Position numbers and translations under genes: made by a program | IMG/VR virus record: IMGVR_UViG_3300035034_004488 | DNA from: an uncultured virus (IMG/VR IMGVR_UViG_3300035034_004488) | Lineage: Duplodnaviria > Heunggongvirae > Uroviricota > Caudoviricetes | Length of the DNA: 64,000 nt | Direction: 5' to 3' (one strand) | Shown: one piece after another, positions 1 through 9,548 of the stretch | Layout: each line of letters opens with the position of its first letter | Numbering within the stretch: position 1 is the stretch's first letter | Notes under the pieces: generated by a model | Told to the model about the DNA's origin: nothing | What the model saw: only the letters and a program-made list of their open reading frames with translations | The model's database searches: none

Positions 1-1656
1 AACCCACATGCGACCGATCTGGGGAATCTCGGAACTGGAACGCTCGCGGAACTCAATGCGCTCGTCACAAATGCCACCCTCGATGCAGTGGGAAGCACGC
101 GACCGCCCAGTGGGCATGCAGCTCGGCACTACACCGCAGGGGACGACCCACTCATCGCACAGAGCTTGAGCAGCGCGTCGGCACCTAGCGGCAGGCTACT
201 CCAGACAGACGGGTCCGGAGGCTTCGGTCTGATCCCTACTCCAGCCGTGATCACAGATCATGGGGCGCTGGGAGGCCTTGGAGACGATGACCATTCGCAG
301 TATCTACGAACCGATGGCGCGCGCGCTCTTACCGGGAACCTCAACGCAGGGGCGAACGACATCATCAACGTAGGAACCGTTGACGGCGTGGACATCTCCG
401 CACTGGCTAGCACCGCGAACGCGCACATCGGAAACACGGCGAACCCCCACGGCACGGACCTGGGGAATCTCGGAACTGGAACGCTCGCGGAACTCAATGC
501 GCTCGTCACAAATGCCACTTTGGACAGCAGCAGCTCACCACGTACGCCTACACCTCATGCTGCGTCACACGGGGCGGAGGGCTCTGATGAGCTGCTCGCT
601 CAAGACCTTGGGTCAGGCGGCGCGCCCGCTGGGCAAGTGCTGCTGACCGACGGTATCGGAGGCTTCTCCTTGAGCGCGCTGGCGGGCGTGGAGCAGTTCC
701 CAGTCTTCTCGGGCTACAACACAGTCAACAGCGCGACCCTGCCTTCCAGCTTCGCTGTGATCCCCTTGGGAGGAGAGAACACCAAAGACACGGCGCGGTT
801 TACGCACGCGGTTAACAGCGCTGAGGTGACCGTCCTCGTAACAGGTCTGTACTACGTTGAGGGCTTCGCGACCCTGAACATGCTAGGTAACTCGCGTAAT
901 CAAAGCGAATTCCGGGTCACGCGTAGCACGGGAGGCGTGTTCAATCTGGTACCAGGAATGAGCGGATTGGTCTACCACCGTCAATCTGCTGCCAGTGCCA
1001 CACAGGTGAGTGTATCACAGGTCCTGACGCTCCAGGCAGGCGACCGTATCAGGACAGAAGGCCGTACCGACAACGCCAACCAGAACGTGGTCGCACGTGC
1101 GAACTCTTGTGGCTTGGTGATCATCTCCTTGGACGGGATTCGAGGACCTCAAGGACCTCCGGGCACCGGCGCGTCCCTTCTCATACAAGAAGACAACGCA
1201 GCCCCTAGCGGCAACCTCAGCTACACCACGCTGGACTTCGACGGAGACAACTTCAGCGTAAGTGACGAAGGCTCGGGGAGGGCCCGTGTAGAACGCCGAC
1301 CTCTCTCAGACGTACTCGTCCGCACCGAAACCATAGTAAATACGACCTCGACCTCCTACATCGTACTTCAAACTGCGACAGTACCCAAGGATGGGACCTA
1401 CGCCATTCAGTGGTCAGGCACTGTCACGGCTGACGAGCAAACCACCCTACGCGTTCAAATCTGGATCAATGGGGTGGTCCAATCAGGGACGCAACGGCAG
1501 TTCACGCAAACGCAATTCGTCTCTTCCGTACAGACCCTGGCCACGCAACATTGGGCGCCCGGTCTGTCTGCGGGTGACGTCGTTGACGTTCGCTGGAACG
1601 TGAACACGGGTACAGGCCAAGCGGCGGACCGAAACCTTCTTCTCCTGGAGCGATGA
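1..1656 (+). CDS. Tail fibre / virion appendage-like repeat protein, 5' truncated by the window edge
   Basis: Frame is open from base 1 (NPHATDLGNLGTGTLAELNAL...). Contains the DHGALGGLGDDDHSQYLRTDG motif typical of phage fibre proteins, internal repeats, a short collagen-like GPQGPPG and beta-rich C-terminal domains. Confidence 0.7.
   Translation, partial: NPHATDLGNLGTGTLAELNALVTNATLDAVGSTRPPSGHAARHYTAGDDPLIAQSLSSASAPSGRLLQTDGSGGFGLIPTPAVITDHGALGGLGDDDHSQYLRTDGARALTGNLNAGANDIINVGTVDGVDISALASTANAHIGNTANPHGTDLGNLGTGTLAELNALVTNATLDSSSSPRTPTPHAASHGAEGSDELLAQDLGSGGAPAGQVLLTDGIGGFSLSALAGVEQFPVFSGYNTVNSATLPSSFAVIPLGGENTKDTARFTHAVNSAEVTVLVTGLYYVEGFATLNMLGNSRNQSEFRVTRSTGGVFNLVPGMSGLVYHRQSAASATQVSVSQVLTLQAGDRIRTEGRTDNANQNVVARANSCGLVIISLDGIRGPQGPPGTGASLLIQEDNAAPSGNLSYTTLDFDGDNFSVSDEGSGRARVERRPLSDVLVRTETIVNTTSTSYIVLQTATVPKDGTYAIQWSGTVTADEQTTLRVQIWINGVVQSGTQRQFTQTQFVSSVQTLATQHWAPGLSAGDVVDVRWNVNTGTGQAADRNLLLLER
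19..518 (+). repeat. Perfect 59-bp direct repeat (19-77 and 460-518) inside the fibre gene
   Basis: ctggggaatctcggaactggaacgctcgcggaactcaatgcgctcgtcacaaatgccac occurs twice, 441 bp (147 codons) apart and in frame. Confidence 0.95.
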
Positions 1657-1657
1657 T

Positions 1658-2833
1658 ATGTCCAACCACACCATGACCTACAGCCTCGCAGCAGACTTTG
1701 GGGGAGCCATCAACGCCAGCGTCCTGGACGCGTCTATTCGAGCCTCGGAGATCACGATTGCGCTGCGAGGAATTCAGACCAGTGGAGACTCTGTAGAGAT
1801 CATCTTCAAGTCCAACCTCCCTACCGCAGAACAAACACTACTTCAGGGTCTGATCGCGAGCCATGATAGTACACCCTCGACGCCATCTCCCTTCCCCGTA
1901 CAGCTTGAGGGCCTCAAGAATGCGTCGGGACGTCTGGAGGTGTCTTCATACCCCTCAGCAGCCTCGCGCATCAATTTCATCACGCACCGCTGGAACGACG
2001 CCACGACATGGTACTCCGAGTCCCAGAAGATCGTGGATGAACATCCCGCACCGCTCAATGGGAAGAACCAACCCTTCGTCGAAGGAGTCGATGAATGGAA
2101 CGGTAACCGCTACCAGCTCAGCAACGTGAACATCATCGACATGTCACATGGCAAGATCTTCATGGAGGATTTTGAGGTGGCCCCTGATGGAGGAGACTAC
2201 CAAGTCAAGGTCAAGGTCAACGGCGTGGAGCGCATAGAGAAAGACCCCGACTCGGAGCAGGGTCAGTGGAGCTTGGACTACAGCACGGGCCTCCTCCGGA
2301 TGGACCCGAACCTGAACCATGAGGACCTCCTGGAGGTAACATACTACCACGCCACCTCTTCCAAGTACACCATGCGACCCGCAGCAGGCAAGACGCTGGA
2401 GCTTCGTAACGTCGAGGTCCAGTTCACCACAGACATCTCGATCACAGACACCATGCAGTTCGAGGTTCACGGATACGTCGCAGTCTTTGCGCCCCAGCTC
2501 ATTGGCACACCTTCTGGGCCTGCCTCCGTCTTCGGACCCCACGACCGCATCCCCATCAAGACGGCTGTTCGGTACAAGACCCTGTTTGACTACGCCAACG
2601 AGTCCAACGGCGTGTACCCCCTCATCCCAGGCACAACTCGAAAGCCTCTGTGGAGGGACTCAGCCAACGACATCATCACGTTCCCCTGGAACTATCAGTC
2701 CTCGATCCCCCTGTATGGCGACTACGGAATGGAGGTCGTGATCAACCTCCTGAATGATAACCCATTTGAAGGGGAGTTCTGCACCGCGACCTTCTACTGC
2801 TACTCCGTGGAGGGTGGAGTGCCCACGGGATAA
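1658..2833 (+). CDS. Hypothetical protein, probable virion structural protein
   Basis: 391-aa beta-rich ORF starting 1 nt after the fibre gene stop, with consistent codon usage. Confidence 0.6.
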   Translation: MSNHTMTYSLAADFGGAINASVLDASIRASEITIALRGIQTSGDSVEIIFKSNLPTAEQTLLQGLIASHDSTPSTPSPFPVQLEGLKNASGRLEVSSYPSAASRINFITHRWNDATTWYSESQKIVDEHPAPLNGKNQPFVEGVDEWNGNRYQLSNVNIIDMSHGKIFMEDFEVAPDGGDYQVKVKVNGVERIEKDPDSEQGQWSLDYSTGLLRMDPNLNHEDLLEVTYYHATSSKYTMRPAAGKTLELRNVEVQFTTDISITDTMQFEVHGYVAVFAPQLIGTPSGPASVFGPHDRIPIKTAVRYKTLFDYANESNGVYPLIPGTTRKPLWRDSANDIITFPWNYQSSIPLYGDYGMEVVINLLNDNPFEGEFCTATFYCYSVEGGVPTG

Positions 2834-2896
2834 TGCGTTTGTTTGACGCTCTGTTAGAGCTTACGGCACCTCAACGACTCCGAGGGGGTATTACGT

Positions 2897-3355
2897 ATGT
2901 ATAACAGGAAGAAACCCGCCCCCCCATGTCAGATCCTCATCCCCGCGCCGTGGCAACGCAAGCGGCGACAGAAGGCTCAGCAGCGTGCCCAAGTGGCGCA
3001 CACACATGTGGACATGAACCCGGAGTCCCGCACGAAGGGGTTCGTGCGCGCTGACGATGTGACACGGTTCGTCGAGGGGAGCCTCCAGGAGTCCACCGAG
3101 ATGTGGCAGAACCGAGACGTGAAGGACACCATCCAGGCGGGCCCCTCTGTGCACAAGGTGTGGGACACCGACACGCGTTCGACGCGTGAGATGCCCTCCT
3201 TGGCCGAGATGGCCCGGATGATGCGCGAGAGCTATGTAGAAGCCAACCCGGCAGAAATGGAGGTACCTTCTGGACGTCTACCGCGTCCGCCCCACAAGCC
3301 GGGAGACACTCTTGATGAGCCCGGCTTTTTGCTCGTCCCGAGCGAAGAGGAGTGA
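2897..3355 (+). CDS. Hypothetical protein
   Basis: 152-aa ORF with a GAGGGGG RBS-like stretch; stop abuts the patatin start. Confidence 0.65.
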   Translation: MYNRKKPAPPCQILIPAPWQRKRRQKAQQRAQVAHTHVDMNPESRTKGFVRADDVTRFVEGSLQESTEMWQNRDVKDTIQAGPSVHKVWDTDTRSTREMPSLAEMARMMRESYVEANPAEMEVPSGRLPRPPHKPGDTLDEPGFLLVPSEEE

Positions 3356-3359
3356 CCCC

Positions 3360-4154
3360 ATGAAGATCAAAGTCGTACTATCTGGCGCTGGCCTACTCTA
3401 CCCCCTCCATGCCGGTGCCCTCTGGTACCTCTCGGAACACGGGTACGAGATCGAACACATCACCGGCATCTCTGGCGGTGCCATCGTCGCCGCCTGTGTG
3501 GCGTCCGGACACGCACCGGGAGAGGAGCTAAACAACCTCTTGCTCGACATGCTCCCCGGACCCAACGATCTGATTGACTGGTCCTGGAAGCCCTGGTGCG
3601 ACTGGGGACTCATCAAGGGAGACAAGATTCTACGCAGGATGCGTACGATCTTTGCCCCTACCCTGGGAGATGCCACGATCCCGTGCAACATCGGGACGGT
3701 CAATCTCGAAGGCCTCAACCAGGAGGGTCGACACGTGATCTACTCCACCGAGGAGACTCCTACCGTCGGTATGGCGGAGGCCGTTCGTGCTTCGATCTCG
3801 ATCCCCTTCGTGTTTCGTCCTGCACGCCTCAACGACGAACGCCACATCGACGGCGGCGTGGCGTCGAACTTCCCCCTGGACATCTACGGGACCGGTGAGG
3901 GTGTGTTCGGTTTCCAAATCCGGCCCGTCGCGACCCCAACGCCTCCCAAGACGCTCAAGGAGTACGCCTTCACCGTGCTAGACATCATGATGGATGCCAT
4001 CTCCCGTGAGCACATCGAGGATGCGATGTTCGCGCGCATGGTCAACCTCCGCGCAGAAGGCTCTCTCGACTTCAACATGACACGAGAGACGGCCAACGAG
4101 CTGATCCTCAAGGGCTACCACCAAGCCCGCGTCGCGCTTACCAAAGAGGCTTGA
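3360..4154 (+). CDS. Patatin-like phospholipase
   Basis: LSGAG Gly loop, GISGG nucleophile motif, ASISIP and catalytic DGG. ATG 3360 (MKIKVVL) is preferred over the track start at 3312. Confidence 0.9.
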   Translation: MKIKVVLSGAGLLYPLHAGALWYLSEHGYEIEHITGISGGAIVAACVASGHAPGEELNNLLLDMLPGPNDLIDWSWKPWCDWGLIKGDKILRRMRTIFAPTLGDATIPCNIGTVNLEGLNQEGRHVIYSTEETPTVGMAEAVRASISIPFVFRPARLNDERHIDGGVASNFPLDIYGTGEGVFGFQIRPVATPTPPKTLKEYAFTVLDIMMDAISREHIEDAMFARMVNLRAEGSLDFNMTRETANELILKGYHQARVALTKEA

Positions 4155-4198
4155 CAGGTTTCAAGAGGTCAAGGTAGGGTAGACAGAAGGGAGTCGAC

Positions 4199-4315
4199 AT
4201 GGAACACCACAACACGTCGACTCCTTTCGTTTGCCTCCTTGGTGGGGGCTTCATGCTTCTGTGCGGGTTCCTCGTATGGGGTATCTTCCATACCCTGTCC
4301 GTGTACCACCCCTGA
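4199..4315 (+). CDS. 38-aa putative single-pass membrane peptide (not in the ORF track)
   Basis: MEHHNTSTPFVCLLGGGFMLLCGFLVWGIFHTLSVYHP. GAAGGGAG RBS just upstream; TTGACA at 4151 with TAGGGT at 4175. Confidence 0.55.
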   Translation: MEHHNTSTPFVCLLGGGFMLLCGFLVWGIFHTLSVYHP

Positions 4316-4356
4316 AGCGCCACAAGATCGTTGGAGTACGCCCCACCTCCTCAGGC

Positions 4357-5172
4357 TCATTTGACGAGGCGTTCGAGCACTTCTTGCTGCTCCACCTCAG
4401 TCAGCCCTCGGTCAAGTACCCAGCCGGGGCTTGAGCCGTCCTCATATACGAAGCTGGGACCCAAACGAGCCTCAAGGACGTCATGCGGAAGGCCCACGAG
4501 CGCAGACTTGAGGCGCACCTCGGTCCTCTTGGGACCAAACCACACGCCCCACACAGCGCCGCTTGACCATGCCACGTCCCACGCCCACTGAGGCGAGGTG
4601 AAAGCAAGGAAGCCTTCACCTGTCGCGAGGGCTTCCAGGACAGGCGGAATCTCGGGCTCCACGTTCAAGGTGCCCTCGACCACCCATGCGATGATGTCCC
4701 GAGCACAGGACACCACGAGCGCGAGCGCCTCCTCCTGCTCCGTTGCGCGCGTAGAACGTCCTGCGGTCCTATGCCTCAACAGCCTCAGCAGCTCCTTGTG
4801 CTCCCACGCGATGTGAGGGAGGGCGAGAGACCCTAGACGCTCCACGAGGTCAAAGGAACTCACAAGAGAGGTGGTAGCCGGGTGCAACAGGAGAGCCGGC
4901 TCGATGAAGAGCGCCGCTGCCAGGAGCTGGTCAATACGCCACCACCTCGTCAAGAGGAGCAGGGGAGGCATCGCTTGGCCCAGCATGAGCCTCTCGTGAA
5001 AGAGCCGAAGAGCAGACGGAGAGAAGAGGCTGTGGTGATCCTGTCCGTGATGCTCGAAGACGAAGGCACCCAGATCACGTACCTCTGACGCAGACGCACC
5101 GGTCTCAAAGCAGATGGCGTCCTCACGCGTGCCTTGCATGCCGGTGACGATGCGAATGTGGCGGTCGGTCAT
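4357..5172 (-). CDS. Hypothetical protein
   Basis: 271-aa ORF filling the gap. Has FEHHG and DQLLAA motifs; function unclear. Confidence 0.7.
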   Translation of the reverse strand: MTDRHIRIVTGMQGTREDAICFETGASASEVRDLGAFVFEHHGQDHHSLFSPSALRLFHERLMLGQAMPPLLLLTRWWRIDQLLAAALFIEPALLLHPATTSLVSSFDLVERLGSLALPHIAWEHKELLRLLRHRTAGRSTRATEQEEALALVVSCARDIIAWVVEGTLNVEPEIPPVLEALATGEGFLAFTSPQWAWDVAWSSGAVWGVWFGPKRTEVRLKSALVGLPHDVLEARLGPSFVYEDGSSPGWVLDRGLTEVEQQEVLERLVK

Positions 5173-5238
5173 GGGGGTAGCCTATGTGCCTGGATTAGAT
5201 TATGCTTTTGTAACTCCTGACAATGAGTAGAGTGGGTC

Positions 5239-6303
5239 ATGTCAGGTCTTCCGCCTAGTGTACCGCACTCAACACGCACCGCAACGGTAGAGTGGTACCC
5301 CTACACAGGTATGATGAACATGAGCACGAACAAGAAGTGGACAGCCGACCGCATCACGGAGGCTCTTGACGCTCTCCTGCACACCTCCACCTACGAAGTA
5401 GCGTTGGACCAGCTCAAAGAGAGCCCCAACGCTCTCGCGGCAGCCTTCACGCGAAACGGCCTCGACGCTCCCACGAGCTATCTCGCAGCGAGCGAAGAAG
5501 AAGCTCTGCGTCGCCGCCTGGGAGGTGCTCCCGATGGATGGAAGACCATCGTGGTCGTCAATGACGTCCACATCCCCTTCCACAACAAACAGGGCGTCAA
5601 GGGTTGGCTGGAGCTGTGCCGCGACCTTCAGCCCGAGATCATCGTCATCAACGGAGACTTTCTCGACTGCTACGGCATCTCGACCTTCCCCAAGTCCCGA
5701 GGCTTCCCCTCACTCCAGGAGGAGATTGATCAAGGGGTAGAGGTCCTGGACGCACTTCGGCGCTCTTGCCCCACGGCCGTGATGCACTTCACGGAGGGTA
5801 ACCACGAGGAGCGCTTGAGGCGTCTCATCAAGAGGGAGCACGGTCTGTATGGGCTGCGCTCCTTTTCTTTGGAGAGCCTCATGGAGTTCGACCGCCTCGG
5901 CATTCACTACTACGAGTACGGCGCGATGCTCTCGATCGGCAAGCTCGACGTGTACCACGGAGAGGTCACTCGTGGTCAGTCGGCATACTCCGCCCGTTTC
6001 GAGCTGGCCAAGTCGGGCTCCGACTACCTGATCACGGGCCACACGCACCGCATGGGCTGGTACCACCACAAGGACCGTCGCCGCAACAAGCAGGCGCTTG
6101 AGAACGGCGGCCTGTATGATCTTGAGCAGTGCGACTACATGTTCAACCCGAACTGGCAAAACGGCTTCTGTGTGGCGTACCAGCGACCCGCCGAGGTCAA
6201 CACGGAGGGCGTGACTATTCGCGAAGAGGTCGTGCAGCTCAACCCCATTCACGTGCAGTACGACGGAACCTTCTGCTTCGGGTCCAAGTATTACGGCCCC
6301 TGA
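5239..6303 (+). CDS. Calcineurin-like metallophosphoesterase
   Basis: DVHIP, GDFLD, GNHE, HG and GHTH motifs in order. True start may be 5311-5320. Confidence 0.9.
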   Translation: MSGLPPSVPHSTRTATVEWYPYTGMMNMSTNKKWTADRITEALDALLHTSTYEVALDQLKESPNALAAAFTRNGLDAPTSYLAASEEEALRRRLGGAPDGWKTIVVVNDVHIPFHNKQGVKGWLELCRDLQPEIIVINGDFLDCYGISTFPKSRGFPSLQEEIDQGVEVLDALRRSCPTAVMHFTEGNHEERLRRLIKREHGLYGLRSFSLESLMEFDRLGIHYYEYGAMLSIGKLDVYHGEVTRGQSAYSARFELAKSGSDYLITGHTHRMGWYHHKDRRRNKQALENGGLYDLEQCDYMFNPNWQNGFCVAYQRPAEVNTEGVTIREEVVQLNPIHVQYDGTFCFGSKYYGP

Positions 6304-6366
6304 GTTTGACAGGATGTGAGTATTTGTGCCACGATCACACCTTCTTAACCCTCAAAGAGGTGCTGT

Positions 6367-7056
6367 ATGAGGATGCTGGTGATCGAAGGTATGGACGGGA
6401 CCGGGAAGACTTCCGTGGTCGACGAGTTGGAGTACCAGTCGTCTGAGTGGCAACACGCAGCTCGGACGCACAACTTCCCCACGAACCTCCCCACGAAAGA
6501 AGACAAGCAAGACCAGCTCGCGCGGTCGCTCTTCCACCTCCAAGACTTCCGTACGCATGTGCACAACATGAGAGGCCACAAGGGCCCGCTGGTCTTTGAC
6601 CGCGCCTTCATGTCGACGCTCGTGTACCAGGGCTTCACGGAGGGCGTGCTCAAGGACCCCATCCGCTATGAGAGCCTCTTTGCTCTGGGAGCTGAGGCGT
6701 TCCTGGGAGACTCTCGACTGGGTAAGGTCGTCGGAGGACCCCGAATCGAGGCCGTCTTCGCCTTGCTGTACTGTCCCGTGAGCGTGGCGAACACGCGGAT
6801 CACGCAACGTCAGGAAGGACGACCGGATGAAGTCGAGATGATGGGGAAGGAGGAGAGACTCGGACATCTGAGCCTGCTCAAGAAGCGTTACGAGATCGTC
6901 ATGGCCGATGTCGAATCTCGCCTCCCGGTGCTGTATCCTCAGGTGAAGTTCAGCTTCAAGCGCATCAACACCATGAGCCTTGCGCCCGAAGAAGTCGCGG
7001 GAGGTCTGCTGCCGGATCTGGAGACCTTGAGAGGGTCCCAGATGGAGCTGCTCTAG
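6367..7056 (+). CDS. Thymidylate / deoxynucleoside monophosphate kinase-like P-loop kinase
   Basis: IEGMDGTGKT Walker A and the VFDRAFMSTLVYQ motif of Tmk-type kinases; GAGG RBS. Confidence 0.8.
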   Translation: MRMLVIEGMDGTGKTSVVDELEYQSSEWQHAARTHNFPTNLPTKEDKQDQLARSLFHLQDFRTHVHNMRGHKGPLVFDRAFMSTLVYQGFTEGVLKDPIRYESLFALGAEAFLGDSRLGKVVGGPRIEAVFALLYCPVSVANTRITQRQEGRPDEVEMMGKEERLGHLSLLKKRYEIVMADVESRLPVLYPQVKFSFKRINTMSLAPEEVAGGLLPDLETLRGSQMELL

Positions 7057-7268
7057 ACCATCGAGAAGGTCTCAACGCCACGGTCGGCAGAGTCCTTGTC
7101 TACTTGATCCCGTCCGTGCCCGCCTGTAGCGGGTGGCGCATACGGCGCCGGAGGGCCAAGAGGTAGTTCAAGTCGTGGACGCGGCGCCTCTCGGCGGAGC
7201 TTCTCTCGCTCAAGCCACTCCTCGATAATGTGATTGGGTGGCAGGTTGTCTGGGTCAAGCTGGTGCAT
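7053..7268 (-). CDS. Small hypothetical protein
   Basis: 71 aa with AGGAGG RBS and a promoter-family copy at 7301-7329. Confidence 0.7.
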   Translation of the reverse strand: MHQLDPDNLPPNHIIEEWLEREKLRREAPRPRLELPLGPPAPYAPPATGGHGRDQVDKDSADRGVETFSMV

Positions 7269-7338
7269 GGCGCCTCCTGGGACCTTGGACTCTCCCTTCT
7301 GCTATACCACAACTCCCACAACCCATAAAGAATACGTC

Positions 7339-7578
7339 TCAAAATGTGGGCCGTTTTCGCAGGCTGGCAACGAGCAGGCGAGAATGCACCCGATGTTGGA
7401 GCAGGTTTTCGAGTGTCATGAGGAGTATAGGGTCAAAGTCCTCATGACGCCAGACGAAGACGCTCATGAGCCCGTGATCGAAGGACTCGAAGTCCACCAG
7501 ATCACTGTCGGTCTCGGGGCTGATCCCATCAAGCCACTCCACGAATACGTCCTCGATCTTATCGTTGAGGCTCATCAC
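7339..7578 (-). CDS. Small acidic hypothetical protein
   Basis: 79 aa; start overlaps the upstream stop. Confidence 0.6.
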   Translation of the reverse strand: MMSLNDKIEDVFVEWLDGISPETDSDLVDFESFDHGLMSVFVWRHEDFDPILLMTLENLLQHRVHSRLLVASLRKRPTF

Positions 7579-7919
7579 CCCTCCCAGTCGTTAGAGTCGT
7601 CATGGTCGTCGTCCGGGTCTTCTACCCAGGGAGAGGTCCACGTCGCGTCAGCGTCGAGTACCCCCGGCCAAACCAAGTCCTCGGAGCCGTCCACAAGCGC
7701 GGCGAGGAGGCGAGGGTCTGTGATCACCCTCAGGAGATCCCTGTTGGTGTCTTCACTCTCACAGGCCGGGCATGAGGCCTCAAATTCCGAATCGCTGGAC
7801 GGTGCGCGCCATTCATGGCCACACTCATCACACTCGAACTCGAAGTGGTAATACTCAAGGTCCTGTTCCGAGTCCATCGGGCGCTCTCCTCGCGAGGGTC
7901 CAATAACCCAGGGCACCAA
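7575..7919 (-). CDS. Zinc-ribbon protein
   Basis: FECDECGHEW...CPACES (two CxxC pairs) and an acidic tail. Confidence 0.7.
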   Translation of the reverse strand: MVPWVIGPSRGERPMDSEQDLEYYHFEFECDECGHEWRAPSSDSEFEASCPACESEDTNRDLLRVITDPRLLAALVDGSEDLVWPGVLDADATWTSPWVEDPDDDHDDSNDWEG

Positions 7920-7923
7920 GACT

Positions 7924-8418
7924 TTATTGGGGAGGAGCGATCACACCAAGGTCCGTAAGGTCCTCAGGGTCCACCTCCACTACATAGATGCGCCCACAAA
8001 AGGAGTAACAGACCTCAGGCTCCAGGGAGAAGAGGTAGGGCCTCTTGACGCGGCAAGATTTGATCGCATGCTCTCGCGTGGAGTAGACCTCAGTGTAGCC
8101 CTCATGTTCCGGCAGTCCATACTCAAGCGCCAAGGCGTGCTGGCTCTTCGTCCTGGCGATGTAAAGCGTAGCCCGGACTTCCACCTCGTCGTAGGCCACA
8201 GCGTCGCGTGTGTGGCCCGAAACAGCCCGTACGCGCGCGCTCTCTTGCTCAAACAGGCCTCCCGAGAGGTACGACTCAACGTCCTGAGTAGATACCTCGT
8301 CAGCCCGGTACTGATTGAGCGCCTCCACCAAGTCGTCAATCAAGGCGTAGCCCTCCGCGTCCAGGTCGACATCCTCGCCGGTTCGGAGCATCAGGGTCAG
8401 ATCCTTCCTCCAGCTCAT
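7924..8418 (-). CDS. Degenerate RNA 2'-phosphotransferase (Tpt1/KptA-like) protein
   Basis: LTLMLRT...LDAEGYALIDDL...VRAVSGHT matches the KptA pattern LS.xLRH...LD.EGW...IRA.QGHS, with key residues altered. Confidence 0.6.
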   Translation of the reverse strand: MSWRKDLTLMLRTGEDVDLDAEGYALIDDLVEALNQYRADEVSTQDVESYLSGGLFEQESARVRAVSGHTRDAVAYDEVEVRATLYIARTKSQHALALEYGLPEHEGYTEVYSTREHAIKSCRVKRPYLFSLEPEVCYSFCGRIYVVEVDPEDLTDLGVIAPPQ

Positions 8419-8702
8419 GAGACCTCCTCGGGGTCAAGAGCAACCAGGATCGGGCCGTGGTCTTCCACCTCCACAATGGTTCCCCCCTCTCCCGTGATCC
8501 CGTTCGGGTTGGGGCGCGGCCATGTCGGCGGCAGGCTCCCTCCAAGGATCTCGAAGCGCACCCACTTTGGCCCTGAGCGTCCCTCTTTGAGGTCGGCGTG
8601 CGGGAGGAAGAGACGCACAGCCTCCAGAGGACTGCGCGCGGCCACGAAGAGGCCATCTTTGAGTGGCAATGAGAGTCGGTAGCGGGTCAGGGTGAGTTTC
8701 AC
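8415..8702 (-). CDS. Hypothetical protein
   Basis: 3' part of track ORF 8415..8948. Probable GTG start (VKLTLTRY) after an AGGAG RBS. Confidence 0.5.
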   Translation of the reverse strand: MKLTLTRYRLSLPLKDGLFVAARSPLEAVRLFLPHADLKEGRSGPKWVRFEILGGSLPPTWPRPNPNGITGEGGTIVEVEDHGPILVALDPEEVS

Positions 8703-8712
8703 GGAGCAGCTC

Positions 8713-9153
8713 CTACATGACGGGGATGAGCGTGGCGAGCGGATAGGCTCCCTTGGTATGCGCGTAATAGTACAGGCGAAGGGCGCCCGTAAGGCTCCGG
8801 TCTCGACCCAGGAGAATACAGACCCCTGGAGGAATGGAAGGGTGACATAGTGCCGGGAGTCCAAAGACCGTCCCACAATAGCCTTGAGAGATGTCGTCGA
8901 CCTCGAAAGAGATGCCCGAGTTGGACGACGCCCACGCCTCCAGCCCAAGGTCTACGGACACGATCACGAGAGGTCGTCCCTGGAGGGCCTTTCCTGCCAG
9001 CGTAAGGGCAAGCTTGAGCATGGCCAGCGCGTGGGTAACCCGAACGCCTTCAAGCCTCGTAGGCGGCGAGGAGAGGCCCGCACAGACTGCCAGGAGGTCC
9101 CGGTAAGTCTTGACGTCTTCGAGCGGCAGGCTATCCAGAGCAGTGATCAGCAT
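8713..9153 (-). CDS. Hypothetical protein
   Basis: 146-aa ORF tiling the minus-strand operon. Confidence 0.6.
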   Translation of the reverse strand: MLITALDSLPLEDVKTYRDLLAVCAGLSSPPTRLEGVRVTHALAMLKLALTLAGKALQGRPLVIVSVDLGLEAWASSNSGISFEVDDISQGYCGTVFGLPALCHPSIPPGVCILLGRDRSLTGALRLYYYAHTKGAYPLATLIPVM

Positions 9154-9206
9154 GGGGAGGTCCGAACATCAGGAAGGTACAAGAGTCCAAGGAGCCCGCG
9201 CTCGGC

Positions 9207-9548
9207 CTAGACCGCAAGACTCTTGGGTAGCGTGAAGATGTACGAAGACATCCCACGGTACCGGTCAAGGCTACTCCCACAAGTCTGAGCGAGCATGCGG
9301 CCCTCGTCCTGGTCCAACTCCGACCAGTTCTCCACCAGCATGACATGCCACTCGTTGCGCCGGTACGCCTCCAGAAGCACCTGCATCAGCTCGCCTCGCC
9401 AGGAAGCCTGAATCGGGACGTTGCACGAGGCGTGCTTCTTCCAGTCGTGAGACTTGAGGTGGGCATCAATGGTGCCCTCGACGATCTTGTAGGTGTCGTG
9501 AGCTACTTCATGCGGTGCAATCATTTCAGGGCTCCGGAGGTGAGTCAT
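9207..9548 (-). CDS. Hypothetical protein
   Basis: 113 aa; ATGA overlap with the upstream gene. Confidence 0.65.
   Translation of the reverse strand: MTHLRSPEMIAPHEVAHDTYKIVEGTIDAHLKSHDWKKHASCNVPIQASWRGELMQVLLEAYRRNEWHVMLVENWSELDQDEGRMLAQTCGSSLDRYRGMSSYIFTLPKSLAV

Noticed and set aside
19..518. Diversity-generating retroelement TR/VR pair
   Set aside because: The copies are identical with no adenine-specific mismatches, both lie in one ORF, and no reverse transcriptase is in the window.
3360..4315. CBASS or retron defence operon around the patatin
   Set aside because: No CD-NTase or reverse transcriptase is adjacent. The hairpin is better explained as RBS occlusion.
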